IMG/VR virus record: IMGVR_UViG_3300021420_000021
Coordinates: 1-64,000 of that record
Direction: 5' to 3' (one strand)
Source: a virus
DNA length: 64,000 nt
Shown: positions 1 through 8,796 of the stretch, one piece after another
How the letters are laid out: each line of letters opens with the position of its first letter
How positions within the stretch are numbered: position 1 is the first letter of the stretch
Translations under genes and position numbers: made by a program
The notes under the pieces: model-generated
What the model saw: only the letters and a program-made list of their open reading frames with translations
Database searches by the model: none
What the model was told of the DNA's origin: nothing

Positions 1-240
1 AAGGTCCGCACTAGGAAGCTTCGCACCAGAAAGGTCCGCACTACGAAGGTTCGCACCAGAAAGGTCCGCACTACGAAGGTTCGCACCAGAAAGGTCCGCA
101 CCAGAAAGGTCCGCACCAGAAAGGTCCGCACCAGAAAGGTCCGCACTACGAAGGTCCGCACTACGAAGGTTCGCACCAGAAAGGTCCGCACTACGAAGGT
201 TCGCACCAGAAAGGTCCGCACTACGAAGGTTCGCACCAGA
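1..240 (-). repeat. 15/30-nt coding tandem repeat of the pentapeptide protein
   Basis: Units such as aaggtccgcactacg, aaggttcgcaccaga and aaggtccgcaccaga. Confidence 0.95.
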
Positions 241-333
241 TTTCTTAGCGGCAAGAACAGCCTCACGAATATTTGCATATTCGCCCGCGATAATGATTTT
301 GCCCGAAAAACGATTTTTGATTTCAATTGTCAT
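1..333 (-). CDS. Pentapeptide repeat protein (partial, runs off window start)
   Basis: Manual translation from ATG at 333 (GGAG upstream): [51 protein letters not shown]...; 15-nt tandem units encode A(N/D)LXX. Confidence 0.93.
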   Translation of the reverse strand, partial: MTIEIKNRFSGKIIIAGEYANIREAVLAAKKSGANLRSADLSGANLRSADLSGANLRSADLRSADLSGADLSGADLSGADLSGANLRSADLSGANLRSADLSGAKLPSADL

Positions 334-334
334 T

Positions 335-505
335 TTATACTCCGATAAAATCTTTCTCTTGAATTTTCAAATCTTGCGCGATTCCCATAACTCGGCTTTG
401 TTCTGCGGCAGTTAATTGCCCGAACGTCTTGACCGGAGTCCAAGGGTTTTGCATTGAATTACAGATTTTAAGCGCCCGAGTCACGAATTGTGTGTCGTCA
501 GTCAT
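335..505 (-). CDS. Hypothetical protein, 56 aa
   Basis: Manual translation [22 protein letters not shown]...FIGV; TAATG overlap with the upstream gene. Confidence 0.6.
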   Translation of the reverse strand: MTDDTQFVTRALKICNSMQNPWTPVKTFGQLTAAEQSRVMGIAQDLKIQEKDFIGV

Positions 506-666
506 TAGAAAGTCTCGATTGCTTCGCTGATTACTGCTTTAACAATAGACTGAATACCATGAACGGTCAAATGTTCCTCGTCTACGTTTTCGATTGACCC
601 GCCCTCGATAATCAGATGGTAAAACCCTGTCTCGTTTTCGTAGATGTCAATAGTGATTCGGCGCAT
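505..666 (-). CDS. Hypothetical protein, 53 aa
   Basis: MRRITIDIYENETGFYHLIIEGG...; GAGGAG SD and promoter at 700-729. Confidence 0.7.
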   Translation of the reverse strand: MRRITIDIYENETGFYHLIIEGGSIENVDEEHLTVHGIQSIVKAVISEAIETF

Positions 667-702
667 TGTCGTTGCTCCTCAAAAGATTTTACTTTGTACA
701 AT

Positions 703-915
703 CTACCACCGGACTCCGAGACTTGTCAAGCGAATATTATCAGCCTCAGACAATCGGGCCGAATTAACAGCCGATTTCGCTTCTGCAATGTTGCGATTCA
801 GAAGCGGGCAAAGAATCGTATGCCCATAGCTCGCATGGCAGTGTTCACAATTATCTGCCTCAAGTGCGTCGCCCGCAAGGGCCGATACTGTCGAAACTGC
901 GCCAATCTTGTACAC
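703..915 (-). CDS. Hypothetical protein (CxxC...H...C)
   Basis: GTG start with AGGAG SD, downstream of promoter 948-976. Confidence 0.6.
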   Translation of the reverse strand: MYKIGAVSTVSALAGDALEADNCEHCHASYGHTILCPLLNRNIAEAKSAVNSARLSEADNIRLTSLGVRW

Positions 916-947
916 TTGGTTTCTCCTGTAACAGATTTACTGTTAAA

Positions 948-976
948 ATAGTATCAAACGGGCCGATTGTTGTCAA
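948..976 (-). promoter_or_regulatory. Sigma70-type promoter
   Basis: TTGACA-17 nt-TACTAT with extended -10 TG. Confidence 0.75.
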
Positions 977-1266
977 GCTTTTTCTACAGATATTTTAGGC
1001 TCGAAATACAACGGCCTTTCACGTTCGCGCAACAGAAGTATCAGTATGCGCAAAGGCGAAAATGCGCTCGTTCTGCCGTTCTCGGCTTCTTTTGTCCAAT
1101 AACTAATACGACGAAGCGCCTCATCGTAGTTCAATTCATGGTTATTAGTGTATAGATTCGCATATTCATATTCCATAAACTCTCCTATAGCTGGATTATG
1201 TAAATTCGATTGCTCGGCCCGGTTGTAAACAGTAAAACGAGTATGACCGAAATTGTGAATCCCCAC
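973..1266 (-). CDS. Hypothetical protein (start probably internal)
   Basis: ORF track; fits the minus-strand gene string. Confidence 0.5.
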   Translation of the reverse strand: MGIHNFGHTRFTVYNRAEQSNLHNPAIGEFMEYEYANLYTNNHELNYDEALRRISYWTKEAENGRTSAFSPLRILILLLRERERPLYFEPKISVEKA

Positions 1267-1538
1267 AGCCCGAAAATCAGACTCGAAAATAGGACGAACA
1301 AGACAACGAATATCGGCCAGAACCAGCTTGTTTTCTTAGGTTTAGGCGCGATAATCGGACTGAGTTTGATCTGTTCGAGCCGAATCTCTGCAAGTTCTTT
1401 ATCCTCAGCAAGATGCACGAATTGTTCGGAAATTGTTGGCGAATAATTACGGATTACGCGCCGTTGTCGCAGGTCATCGGCCCGCTTCGCAAGCTTGGCT
1501 TTAAAATCTTTGTCGTCGCGTTTGTAAGTCGTTGTCAT
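1185..1538 (-). CDS. Hypothetical membrane protein (C-terminal TM segments), probably leaderless
   Basis: Hydrophobic C-terminus; TTGACA-16-TACACT ends 6 nt before the ATG. Confidence 0.65.
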   Translation of the reverse strand: MTTTYKRDDKDFKAKLAKRADDLRQRRVIRNYSPTISEQFVHLAEDKELAEIRLEQIKLSPIIAPKPKKTSWFWPIFVVLFVLFSSLIFGLWGFTISVILVLLFTTGPSNRIYIIQL

Positions 1539-1584
1539 GATGAAAGTGTACCATATACAAATAATTTGTCAATGCACGAAAGTG

Positions 1585-2043
1585 CTATATCTTATCGCCC
1601 GCCTCTTGCGCCAATTCCGCTTCGATTACGCGCCTGTAATTCGAATCTGCGTCATCAATACAGCCAAGTGACGCGAGAACATACAAACCTTCAGAATCCC
1701 ACAGAACAGCGGATTCGCACGTCTTAGGCTCAGAATCCTCATAGCATGATCCTTTGCCGTAATAATCTTTATGACTGCCGATGTCCCAATCATTAGACCA
1801 TTCGACATACGCGCCCGAATTGCGCAATTTCTCTTCTGCCTTGGCAAGTGCTTTGGCGCAACGAATTCGGCCCTGATCTTCCGTTTCTTTCTTTGGATCA
1901 TAGCTGAATCCAGCATGTGTGTAAAAGAATAGCTGGTCAGGAGTGAGAGTCTTGCGGGCTTTGGCCACTTTACTTCGGCCCGTCTTAGCTTTGAGTGTCA
2001 TTAGCGTTACCTCAATTGAATTTACTATAATGATTATACACAA
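1585..2043 (-). CDS. Hypothetical early protein (likely start at MTLKAK, ~2002)
   Basis: GAGG SD before the internal ATG; TTGACA-16-TATAAT at 2033-2060. Confidence 0.7.
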   Translation of the reverse strand: MCIIIIVNSIEVTLMTLKAKTGRSKVAKARKTLTPDQLFFYTHAGFSYDPKKETEDQGRIRCAKALAKAEEKLRNSGAYVEWSNDWDIGSHKDYYGKGSCYEDSEPKTCESAVLWDSEGLYVLASLGCIDDADSNYRRVIEAELAQEAGDKI

Positions 2044-2056
2044 TACAAAAATCGTG

Positions 2057-2509
2057 TCAAGCTAATTCTTTAAGCTCGACTACTTGAATCCCCGAAAATT
2101 CGCGCCGCTTGTTGTTAATTGGCCAAACATAGGGAAGATCATCCGGGACTTTCCACTTGAATTGGCTGTAGTGTGCTTTGTCTTTTCGGAGCAGGTTGCT
2201 CTGATGTGAACGATGAAACTTTATACTGCCAACAAAGGCGGGCAGAACGACTTCAACTCTCTGTGGAATGGGTATTGTGTTCTTATAACCACGTTTCAGC
2301 CACTCCTGAATCATACAACGCAAATAGTAACTCAGGGAGTCTTCATACCCTTGCCACATTTTTACAGCTGGGTGATGTTGCCATCCTTTCGATTTACCAT
2401 GCAGTACATTTAGTATCTGCATGGCTTCGACTCTCTGTTTTCCTAACCGCTTGTTATCGAGGCACTCGGCTGACTTTTGAAAATCTGCGTACGGAAGGAA
2501 CGTTTGCAT
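2057..2509 (-). CDS. Pyrimidine-dimer DNA glycosylase-like protein (DenV / MSMEG_6728 family)
   Basis: MQTFLPY...LDNKRLGKQRVEAMQIL...HHPAVKMWQG...HRSHQSNLLRKD...PYVWP family signature. Confidence 0.85.
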   Translation of the reverse strand: MQTFLPYADFQKSAECLDNKRLGKQRVEAMQILNVLHGKSKGWQHHPAVKMWQGYEDSLSYYLRCMIQEWLKRGYKNTIPIPQRVEVVLPAFVGSIKFHRSHQSNLLRKDKAHYSQFKWKVPDDLPYVWPINNKRREFSGIQVVELKELA

Positions 2510-2540
2510 GTCTCTCCTATTCTGACTCTATTTTGTCAAG

Positions 2541-3065
2541 CTAAATCGTAATGCCCGCGACTGCGATTTGTGCTTTCTGCTTATCCGATTCGACTAGATA
2601 TCTCATTGTCGAACTTGGGTCTTTATGGCGCAAATAAGATTGGATCATTCCAAGATTATGCGTCTTGTCCCACAATAGCATTGCCATCGAATGACGTAAC
2701 GCGTGCATGTGCGCTTTCTTCGGGTGAATACCAGCAATCGCCGCATATCGTTTGATAAACTCATCGGCCCGTTGGCGCGAGAAATTGAATATCCGGCCCG
2801 GATTACTGGCCGCGAGCATCAAAACGGGCGAACAATCAAACAATGGATCATTGTCTATATGTATCGGCGGAAGATCGTTATTCCCGCCTTTGAGTGCTCC
2901 GATTGCGATCAGCCCGGATTGAATATCGCGCCCGCATATCGCCAAAGCTTCAGACACGCGCGTCGCGTGCCACAAAGACATGCACAAGAACAGATGATGC
3001 GTGCGATTATGATCGTGCGCCACAGACATAAGTGCACGAAGTTCGGGTTTAGTGAGATATTCCAT
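2541..3065 (-). CDS. Tyrosine recombinase, catalytic domain only (174 aa)
   Basis: R (TRVSE), K (LKGG), HxxR (HALRH), H (LRH), Y (MRY). Confidence 0.88.
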   Translation of the reverse strand: MEYLTKPELRALMSVAHDHNRTHHLFLCMSLWHATRVSEALAICGRDIQSGLIAIGALKGGNNDLPPIHIDNDPLFDCSPVLMLAASNPGRIFNFSRQRADEFIKRYAAIAGIHPKKAHMHALRHSMAMLLWDKTHNLGMIQSYLRHKDPSSTMRYLVESDKQKAQIAVAGITI

Positions 3066-3226
3066 TAGCGGACTTGCAAGCTGGTAATGAACGAGTCCAT
3101 CTTCTTTTTGTTCTTGAAGACGGCGATATCAAAGAATTCGCTTCCGTCAGGATGCTGCTTAGTTCCATCTGAATAGTTAACCACGTACTTCGCTTTGCCA
3201 ATGTTGTATTGAATATTGATCTTCAT
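3065..3226 (-). CDS. Hypothetical protein, 53 aa (MKINIQYNIGKAKYVV...)
   Basis: Internal ATG of ORF 3065..3280 with GAGG SD; promoter at 3252-3280. Confidence 0.65.
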   Translation of the reverse strand: MKINIQYNIGKAKYVVNYSDGTKQHPDGSEFFDIAVFKNKKKMDSFITSLQVR

Positions 3227-3251
3227 TGTCTTTAGCCTCTGTACTGTGTAT

Positions 3252-3280
3252 AATCTATCAAACCGGGCCAGAACTGTCAA
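3252..3280 (-). promoter_or_regulatory. Sigma70-type promoter
   Basis: TTGACA-17-TAGATT, extended -10. Confidence 0.65.
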
Positions 3281-3307
3281 GGCACAGAAGTGCTATTACT
3301 TTAGTTC

Positions 3308-3550
3308 TTATTTGTTGGCCGATCTTGTGCGAGCTTTCATCAACTCAGTGTTTAATGGCTGGCCGCCGGAAGTATAGTACGCATCAATTTCTGCGCCAAA
3401 ATTCCAAACCTCATCAATTGGCAGAAGAGTAAATCCTCGATCTGTGCCAACCTTGGTTTGATCAACATGACCGGGAGTATGAATAATAACGAAGTCTACA
3501 GACTTTCTGATCTTCTTTGCGCCGTCTATACATTTTCTTTTCGTTGTCAT
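3308..3550 (-). CDS. Hypothetical protein (start MTTKRK, near-leaderless)
   Basis: TTGACA-17-TATACT at 3560-3588, ATG 9 nt downstream. Confidence 0.6.
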   Translation of the reverse strand: MTTKRKCIDGAKKIRKSVDFVIIHTPGHVDQTKVGTDRGFTLLPIDEVWNFGAEIDAYYTSGGQPLNTELMKARTRSANK

Positions 3551-3714
3551 AATGTACACAGTATAAAGAATCGGCCCGAGCATGTCAAGAGAATAATTAA
3601 CATTTCATGCAAATCTTTAGTAATCAATTATACACGATACAATAGCATGTTTCGGGCCAAACTCTTGACAGATTACTAAAGATATGAGATACTGAGATGG
3701 GAGACTAATACATT

Positions 3715-4224
3715 ATGACACTGGAAGAACGACAAGAAGATATGCGTGTGCGGCAATCAAAGCCAGCACAAGCCAAGATTCAGCCCAAAGGCAAGCGCTC
3801 GGGCAAGACTGAGTATTACATATACTTTATACAAGGTGCATTATCAGAGCGTATCAAGATCGGCATTGCGACTTGTCCGAATGCACGATTGAAAGACATG
3901 CAAGCGGGCTGCACTGAGCGATTGACAATCATTGGCACATTGCGGACAGGGACGACAGACCGAATGCGGGCCGAACAAATGGAGCGTAATATACATGACC
4001 AGTTCAAGCACTGTCATGCATTCGCGGAAGTATTCGAGTGTACACAGTCGTTGCTTGAGCTAGCGAAGACAGGTACAGAGCACAAGTGCAGGTATTGCCC
4101 ATCGGATATGCGAATCAAAAGCCCTTGGGAGCGATGCCACGTTGACCGTTTGACTACGCCGATAGCGCCTTATGCGAATACTGTGTCAAATCCAACACAC
4201 TGTCTACAATTTGACACACTCTGA
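3715..4224 (+). CDS. GIY-YIG nuclease family protein (T5orf172/Mug113-like)
   Basis: YIYFIQ...RIKIG...PNARLKDMQAG...ERNIHDQF...EVF. Confidence 0.8.
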   Translation: MTLEERQEDMRVRQSKPAQAKIQPKGKRSGKTEYYIYFIQGALSERIKIGIATCPNARLKDMQAGCTERLTIIGTLRTGTTDRMRAEQMERNIHDQFKHCHAFAEVFECTQSLLELAKTGTEHKCRYCPSDMRIKSPWERCHVDRLTTPIAPYANTVSNPTHCLQFDTL

Positions 4225-4652
4225 CTATATTCGTGCGCCCTTGTCAAATTACCCATTTGTCCGATGTGCTTTGTTATCAACACGTTGAATCGTTTCGTGT
4301 TCAGGATGCACGAGTGGGTTAACTAATGAGTACTGGTCCGGGACGAGTACGGGCATTACCTTTGTGCGTTACTAATTGGCGTCAGCAATCGCAGGGCCGT
4401 TCGGGTCGGATTTTAAATAAATGACAAACAAATGATATCGCCCTAAGTTATTGATTCGGAGGAGGTTACCTCCCTTGGCGAAGGGGCGCCCCGCCCGACC
4501 CCACCCGGACCATCCTATCGGCGCAGCGCCCCGGCCCGGTCAAAAAAGGATGCTTGGGACTCTTACGGCTCCGGTTATTAGGGAATATACGCGGATAAAT
4601 ATATTTATGGGTCCTACTTCTATGTATCTGATTATACGGGGTTTATATATTT

Positions 4653-5111
4653 TTAGATTTCTGATAAGTGGGCAGGATAGAACTTCATACCATAAAGTTT
4701 GTCTTTATCCGGGGCTGTATCCGGGTATTTCTTATTCTGTTCATAAGTTTCGAAGTAACTCATGTTCTTTGTACTATGTACATTCCCGAACTTATCGATG
4801 ACTGTAATACATATCCAATTATCAAACATCTCGACTGACTCAACTTTAATCTTTCCGCCCGAAGGAACGTGTACGCCGTACTTCATGTCGTAATAACTAG
4901 GTTTGCCCGATTCTGACAGCTTGCCCGGATACGAAGCGCCCGGAATATGATTATCTGCTATCGTCGGCTTTATTACTAATTGCGCGAACGGAAGTTTCTC
5001 TTGTCGGCCCGAATTAAGTTCGGCTTCGCGTGCCTGATCTTTACACATTGTACAGTATACATAGTCTCGGGCATTATTCGGCTGACCGCATATTGGGCAG
5101 ATTCCAGCCAT
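4653..5111 (-). CDS. Hypothetical protein, N-terminal CxxC...CxxC zinc ribbon
   Basis: ORF track; TAATG coupling. Confidence 0.65.
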   Translation of the reverse strand: MAGICPICGQPNNARDYVYCTMCKDQAREAELNSGRQEKLPFAQLVIKPTIADNHIPGASYPGKLSESGKPSYYDMKYGVHVPSGGKIKVESVEMFDNWICITVIDKFGNVHSTKNMSYFETYEQNKKYPDTAPDKDKLYGMKFYPAHLSEI

Positions 5112-5563
5112 TATTGTTTCACCGAGTCTTTTATCAAATCTTCGGGCGCTATCCAGCCAACAGTGGCAAGTTGTTTTATCAACACCTCGATAGCTTCTTT
5201 GGATATGCCAATCGGTTCAGTCGCCATTTCCAAAAACTCCGAAAACGTCATAAAGTCGCTGTAATCCGCATACATATAATTTACTTTAGGATCGAAGTTA
5301 AGCTTCTGTTGTTCGCCCGAGTTTAGCTCTTGCTCGCGTTTTATACATTGTACACATTTTTGTTTCTTTTGATGAAACGCTGAACATTTCGGTTCAGTAC
5401 ACGACCAACAGGCTCGACACTCACACGTATGAAAATGATTACTGCTGACCCTTGGCTGACCAATAACTATCGCTCTACGGGCTTGCAAACGCTCGTAACG
5501 GGTATTATAATGCCTGTTATGCATGATCTTTGTCTTTATCGGCAGTCTTCGACCGGATAGCAA
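5111..5563 (-). CDS. Hypothetical Cys-rich protein (likely start MHNRHY, ~5524)
   Basis: ORF track; shares the ELNSGxQxKLxF segment with the downstream gene. Confidence 0.6.
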   Translation of the reverse strand: MLSGRRLPIKTKIMHNRHYNTRYERLQARRAIVIGQPRVSSNHFHTCECRACWSCTEPKCSAFHQKKQKCVQCIKREQELNSGEQQKLNFDPKVNYMYADYSDFMTFSEFLEMATEPIGISKEAIEVLIKQLATVGWIAPEDLIKDSVKQ

Positions 5564-5888
5564 TAGAAGTCATCGGATGCATTTTAATCGTCTTGCCCGA
5601 TTTCTTATTCTTATTAGGCACAAATAATATCGACTTGTGTTCCGGATCAGGCTGCGATTTCGATTCTTCGGGCGGAACTTCGTTCTTATAAACGAACAAA
5701 CCTGACGGTGTAACTAATAACGGATATTTCTTTCCGGCGACAGTCGTTTCATCTTCGAACGGAATTGTTTCTTGCGTGCAAGTTTCTTTGACTATCTTAT
5801 CGCATTCGTCGCATCCTAAGAACGCGCCGATATTATGATCCCATTCGCCGCAGCACGGCGTAGAGTTATATTCAGGGCACTTACTCAC
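5517..5888 (-). CDS. Hypothetical protein
   Basis: ORF track; overlap-coupled. Confidence 0.6.
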   Translation of the reverse strand: MSKCPEYNSTPCCGEWDHNIGAFLGCDECDKIVKETCTQETIPFEDETTVAGKKYPLLVTPSGLFVYKNEVPPEESKSQPDPEHKSILFVPNKNKKSGKTIKMHPMTSIAIRSKTADKDKDHA

Positions 5889-6331
5889 GACTCGCGCCTC
5901 ATCTTCAATCCATCAACAAACTTATCTCCCATATTATAATAATTCTTCGCGACTTCGATGACACGAAATCCGTGATCGAAATATAATTTCTGAACCGGAG
6001 AATCGGCCCGACAATGAAGTTCTAAACTTTTATACTTTGTACAAACGTGCGCGAGTAACTGTGACCCGCGCCCGCATTTCTGCCAATTAGAGTGAACCGC
6101 GAGTGACCACAGGTAAGGAATTGTTTCTCCGACTTCTTTTACGATCACAAAACCAATTGGCTTAACGATACCATTGTAGGCGACTGGTTCCCAAGCAACC
6201 CAAGTCTCAGATACAGAAAGCATCTGCCGGAATTCTTCTCGTGTTGGTCGTTCATCGCCGTCATAACAAGAATCATTAATTGCGAGAAGATGATCGAATT
6301 GATAAGTTCGATACCCTTGGTCGATTTTCAT
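5885..6331 (-). CDS. GNAT family N-acetyltransferase (RimI-like)
   Basis: SLAVHSNWQKCGRGSQLL motif A; LYFDHGF...NYY. Confidence 0.85.
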   Translation of the reverse strand: MKIDQGYRTYQFDHLLAINDSCYDGDERPTREEFRQMLSVSETWVAWEPVAYNGIVKPIGFVIVKEVGETIPYLWSLAVHSNWQKCGRGSQLLAHVCTKYKSLELHCRADSPVQKLYFDHGFRVIEVAKNYYNMGDKFVDGLKMRRES

Positions 6332-6891
6332 TATGCGACCGCCAACGGGTCTTTATAACCTTGGGCGATCTTCTTCAACATGATCTTGTTAATCTCAGAA
6401 ATAGAATACGGCGTAAAATTATTCCCGTCAACGCCGACATCGAGGCTCAACCCATACGCGGGCAATTGATTGTGACTGTGCCCGAAAAGATGATAAGAAC
6501 CTTTGTGCGAACTCGGCCAAACGCGGTGCGCGTAATGCGACATAAATATTTTCGGAGCGCCGTCTTGACGAATTAACAGAACATCGGCAGTTCGTTCAAA
6601 TCCCGGTTCGACATCGATCATTTTCTCGGCAGTTGAATCGTGATTGCCCCAAATAAGAATGTGTCGCCCATTTAATCGATTGAGAATATTCGTCGCATCT
6701 TCTACAGATACCGATTGCCAAAAGATATCTCCGAGATGATACGTCAGGCCGTTCGGCGGAACTTTCGCGTTGTGATTGGCAATCAGCGTCTCACGCATGT
6801 GATTGATATCAGAGAACGGACGATTGCAATAAGTGATTATGTTTCGATGATTATAATGCTCATCGGCGGTAAAGTAAATCGGCTGACTCAT
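6331..6891 (-). CDS. Calcineurin-like metallophosphoesterase
   Basis: ADEH, HLGD, WGNHD, SHY, FGHSH, DVGVD; ATG start at 6891. Confidence 0.9.
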   Translation of the reverse strand: MSQPIYFTADEHYNHRNIITYCNRPFSDINHMRETLIANHNAKVPPNGLTYHLGDIFWQSVSVEDATNILNRLNGRHILIWGNHDSTAEKMIDVEPGFERTADVLLIRQDGAPKIFMSHYAHRVWPSSHKGSYHLFGHSHNQLPAYGLSLDVGVDGNNFTPYSISEINKIMLKKIAQGYKDPLAVA

Positions 6892-7052
6892 AGTTTCTCC
6901 AAAGCTTCCCAAGCTTCTTCCGCCAAAAACTGCGCATCTTCAACGTTGTGGGAATGATTTTTTCCGCGCATACAATTTTCATCATATCAAACTGCGGCAT
7001 AAGACGCAAGAAACGTCACGATATAAGAATTAATAAACTGTTTCTTCTCCAT
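6888..7052 (-). pseudogene. Small gene with an in-frame TGA at codon 22
   Basis: MEKKQFINSYIVTFLASYAAV*YDENCMRGKNHSHNVEDAQFLAEEAWEALEKL*; GAGG SD, ATGA overlap with the next gene. Confidence 0.6.
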
Positions 7053-7196
7053 AAACGCCTCACCAAGAAACTGTTGTACCTATACAAAAACAAAAGAACC
7101 AATACAGCGATTGCCGCCATTCACGCTGCAACAAATACGCTATACTGATTATGAGACTTCCGACCGAAGATGTCAACGCTAAAGTTCGGCCCCAAT

Positions 7197-7358
7197 TCAA
7201 GATTTAACAATCGGGGTTCGGCCCTCGACAGCCTCTTGACATCGTTGCGAACAATATTCATTCGTCTTCTCGGCGGTCGATAAAGTAAAATACGACATCG
7301 TTCCGCCAGAGAGACATTTCGGATTCAAACACAATTTTTCTTTTGTATATGTATTCAT
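7197..7358 (-). CDS. Small Cys-containing hypothetical protein (MNTYTKEKLC...)
   Basis: GAGGTG SD before the internal ATG. Confidence 0.6.
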   Translation of the reverse strand: MNTYTKEKLCLNPKCLSGGTMSYFTLSTAEKTNEYCSQRCQEAVEGRTPIVKS

Positions 7359-7374
7359 GATCACCTCGTAAAAA

Positions 7375-7670
7375 ATTTGCCGGGTTTCTGTTTCCAAGTA
7401 CCCGGCGAACTCAGTCTACGCCCCTGCGGACGCAGACATCGCTTTCACGTTAGTGTTAGCGTTTATGGTTTCTGTGTCCTTAACGCGGCCACAGCATTCG
7501 TGTCCATCCATTGCTAATTCATCGCCGCCATCGATAACCAGTATCAGGCCCATCAAAGAGTCTTGCGAATAACCGCCTAACGATGCCTTCGCATCTAGAT
7601 TACACGAAGACCCTTTGGTGGACCTGCCCGGATTCGAACCGGGGTGTGACAACGGAAATAACAACTTCAT
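7375..7670 (-). ncRNA. ssrA: Circularly permuted (two-piece) tmRNA
   Basis: T-arm GGTTCGAATCC plus CAGGTCCACCA (ends 7616) precede a 64-nt intervening segment and the 5' acceptor strand GGGCCTG (G1=7551, G3-U70 pair); tag frame ANTNVKAMSASAGA* at 7460-7416. Confidence 0.9.
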
Positions 7671-7687
7671 CTGAACAAATTTACAAA

Positions 7688-7978
7688 TTAAAACTCTAGA
7701 CTTTCTTTAACATCCGCAATTGCTTCGGAATATCCGTCATCGAATCCGTCGCTATATTGTTCAAAAACAAAATCGTCTTCAGTTAGTTCTACTCCGCAAT
7801 CGGTACAAGTTTCAGGCGCGTCTGCCTTTAAAGATTCCGATTTCGGATCGTAAGTTTGTTCTGCGGCATTAGTTTGCGCGAACTGTGACTTAATCTGCCC
7901 ATCACGCAAACCGTCTTCATAGCCTTCTGATCGTGCGCCCCACAACAAGTTATTTAAATCTGCTACTGTAATATTCAT
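7688..7978 (-). CDS. Acidic hypothetical protein
   Basis: ORF track; AAGGA SD. Confidence 0.7.
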   Translation of the reverse strand: MNITVADLNNLLWGARSEGYEDGLRDGQIKSQFAQTNAAEQTYDPKSESLKADAPETCTDCGVELTEDDFVFEQYSDGFDDGYSEAIADVKESLEF

Positions 7979-8059
7979 ATTATCCTTTCATTCTATTATC
8001 TTAGGGCGCACGGCCTTTCGACCGTGCCACCTCCACCATCGAGTTTACGTCTCGAAACG

Positions 8060-8581
8060 TTATTTAATCCGAAGTGAATACTCGAAGTCAAGCCATTCGT
8101 CACGGTCTGCGTAATTCGCAGCAGAGACTTGTTCAACAAAGATTACTTCGCGAGAGTTGACGATAATATAACGTGATCGCTTTGAAAGATTTACATTTTC
8201 GTACACAAAATTACGAAACGTATAAGTGAACGGATGGCCTTCCCAAACATTGCGTGCCGTATTTGCGGTATCGACAGTTCCGCCCGTTCGGTCGTCATTC
8301 GCGTAGAAATCCGATGACGTATAATCGACCGCGATATCGTGATCGACAGTACGAACAGCAATTAATTGCGCGACCGTTCCATTATTCGATGTATAAATAA
8401 CATCAGAACTCGTCGTATTTGTTTGTGTACGAACAGCAACCGCGCCGTTAAACGTTGCTGAGAAAGTTGCGACAGAATACGGCGTATTAGCCTTTCCTGT
8501 GTTCGGACTTGTTGGATACTGCGCGACAGCCGCGACGGACAACATCACAGCCAAAATAATTGTCATAAAAACATTCTTCAT
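8060..8581 (-). CDS. Secreted/periplasmic protein with signal peptide
   Basis: MKNVFMTIILAVMLSVAAVA-Q N-terminus; GAGGAG SD. Confidence 0.75.
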   Translation of the reverse strand: MKNVFMTIILAVMLSVAAVAQYPTSPNTGKANTPYSVATFSATFNGAVAVRTQTNTTSSDVIYTSNNGTVAQLIAVRTVDHDIAVDYTSSDFYANDDRTGGTVDTANTARNVWEGHPFTYTFRNFVYENVNLSKRSRYIIVNSREVIFVEQVSAANYADRDEWLDFEYSLRIK

Positions 8582-8604
8582 GTTTAATCTCCTCGATTTA
8601 AAGT

Positions 8605-8796
8605 TTACTTCTTTTCTTTCTTGTTGTCAAGTTCTTTTTCAATAAACGTATGATAAAAAACTGCGTGTAAGTGCCATCCGGCGCAAAGTCCAGTAACTAA
8701 CTTTCTTGTCTTAGACTTACAGTCGAACGCTTCGGCGATTGCAAGTCCAGCGAGAACAGCGTGAGTCAGTGCCTTCAAATCTTTTTCTCTAAACAT
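8605..8796 (-). CDS. Small hypothetical protein
   Basis: ORF track. Confidence 0.55.
   Translation of the reverse strand: MFREKDLKALTHAVLAGLAIAEAFDCKSKTRKLVTGLCAGWHLHAVFYHTFIEKELDNKKEKK

Noticed and set aside
1-240. Tandem repeats resembling a CRISPR array or satellite
   Set aside because: No unique spacers; the 15-nt period encodes pentapeptide repeats in an open minus-strand frame.
6987-6989. Genome-wide TGA recoding
   Set aside because: Long genes are intact under code 11 and several coupled genes end in TGA.
7416-7670. 84-aa ORF, or a tRNA gene at 7616-7650
   Set aside because: No SD, and no anticodon arm or 5' half upstream of the T-arm; fully explained by the permuted tmRNA, whose tag shares this frame.
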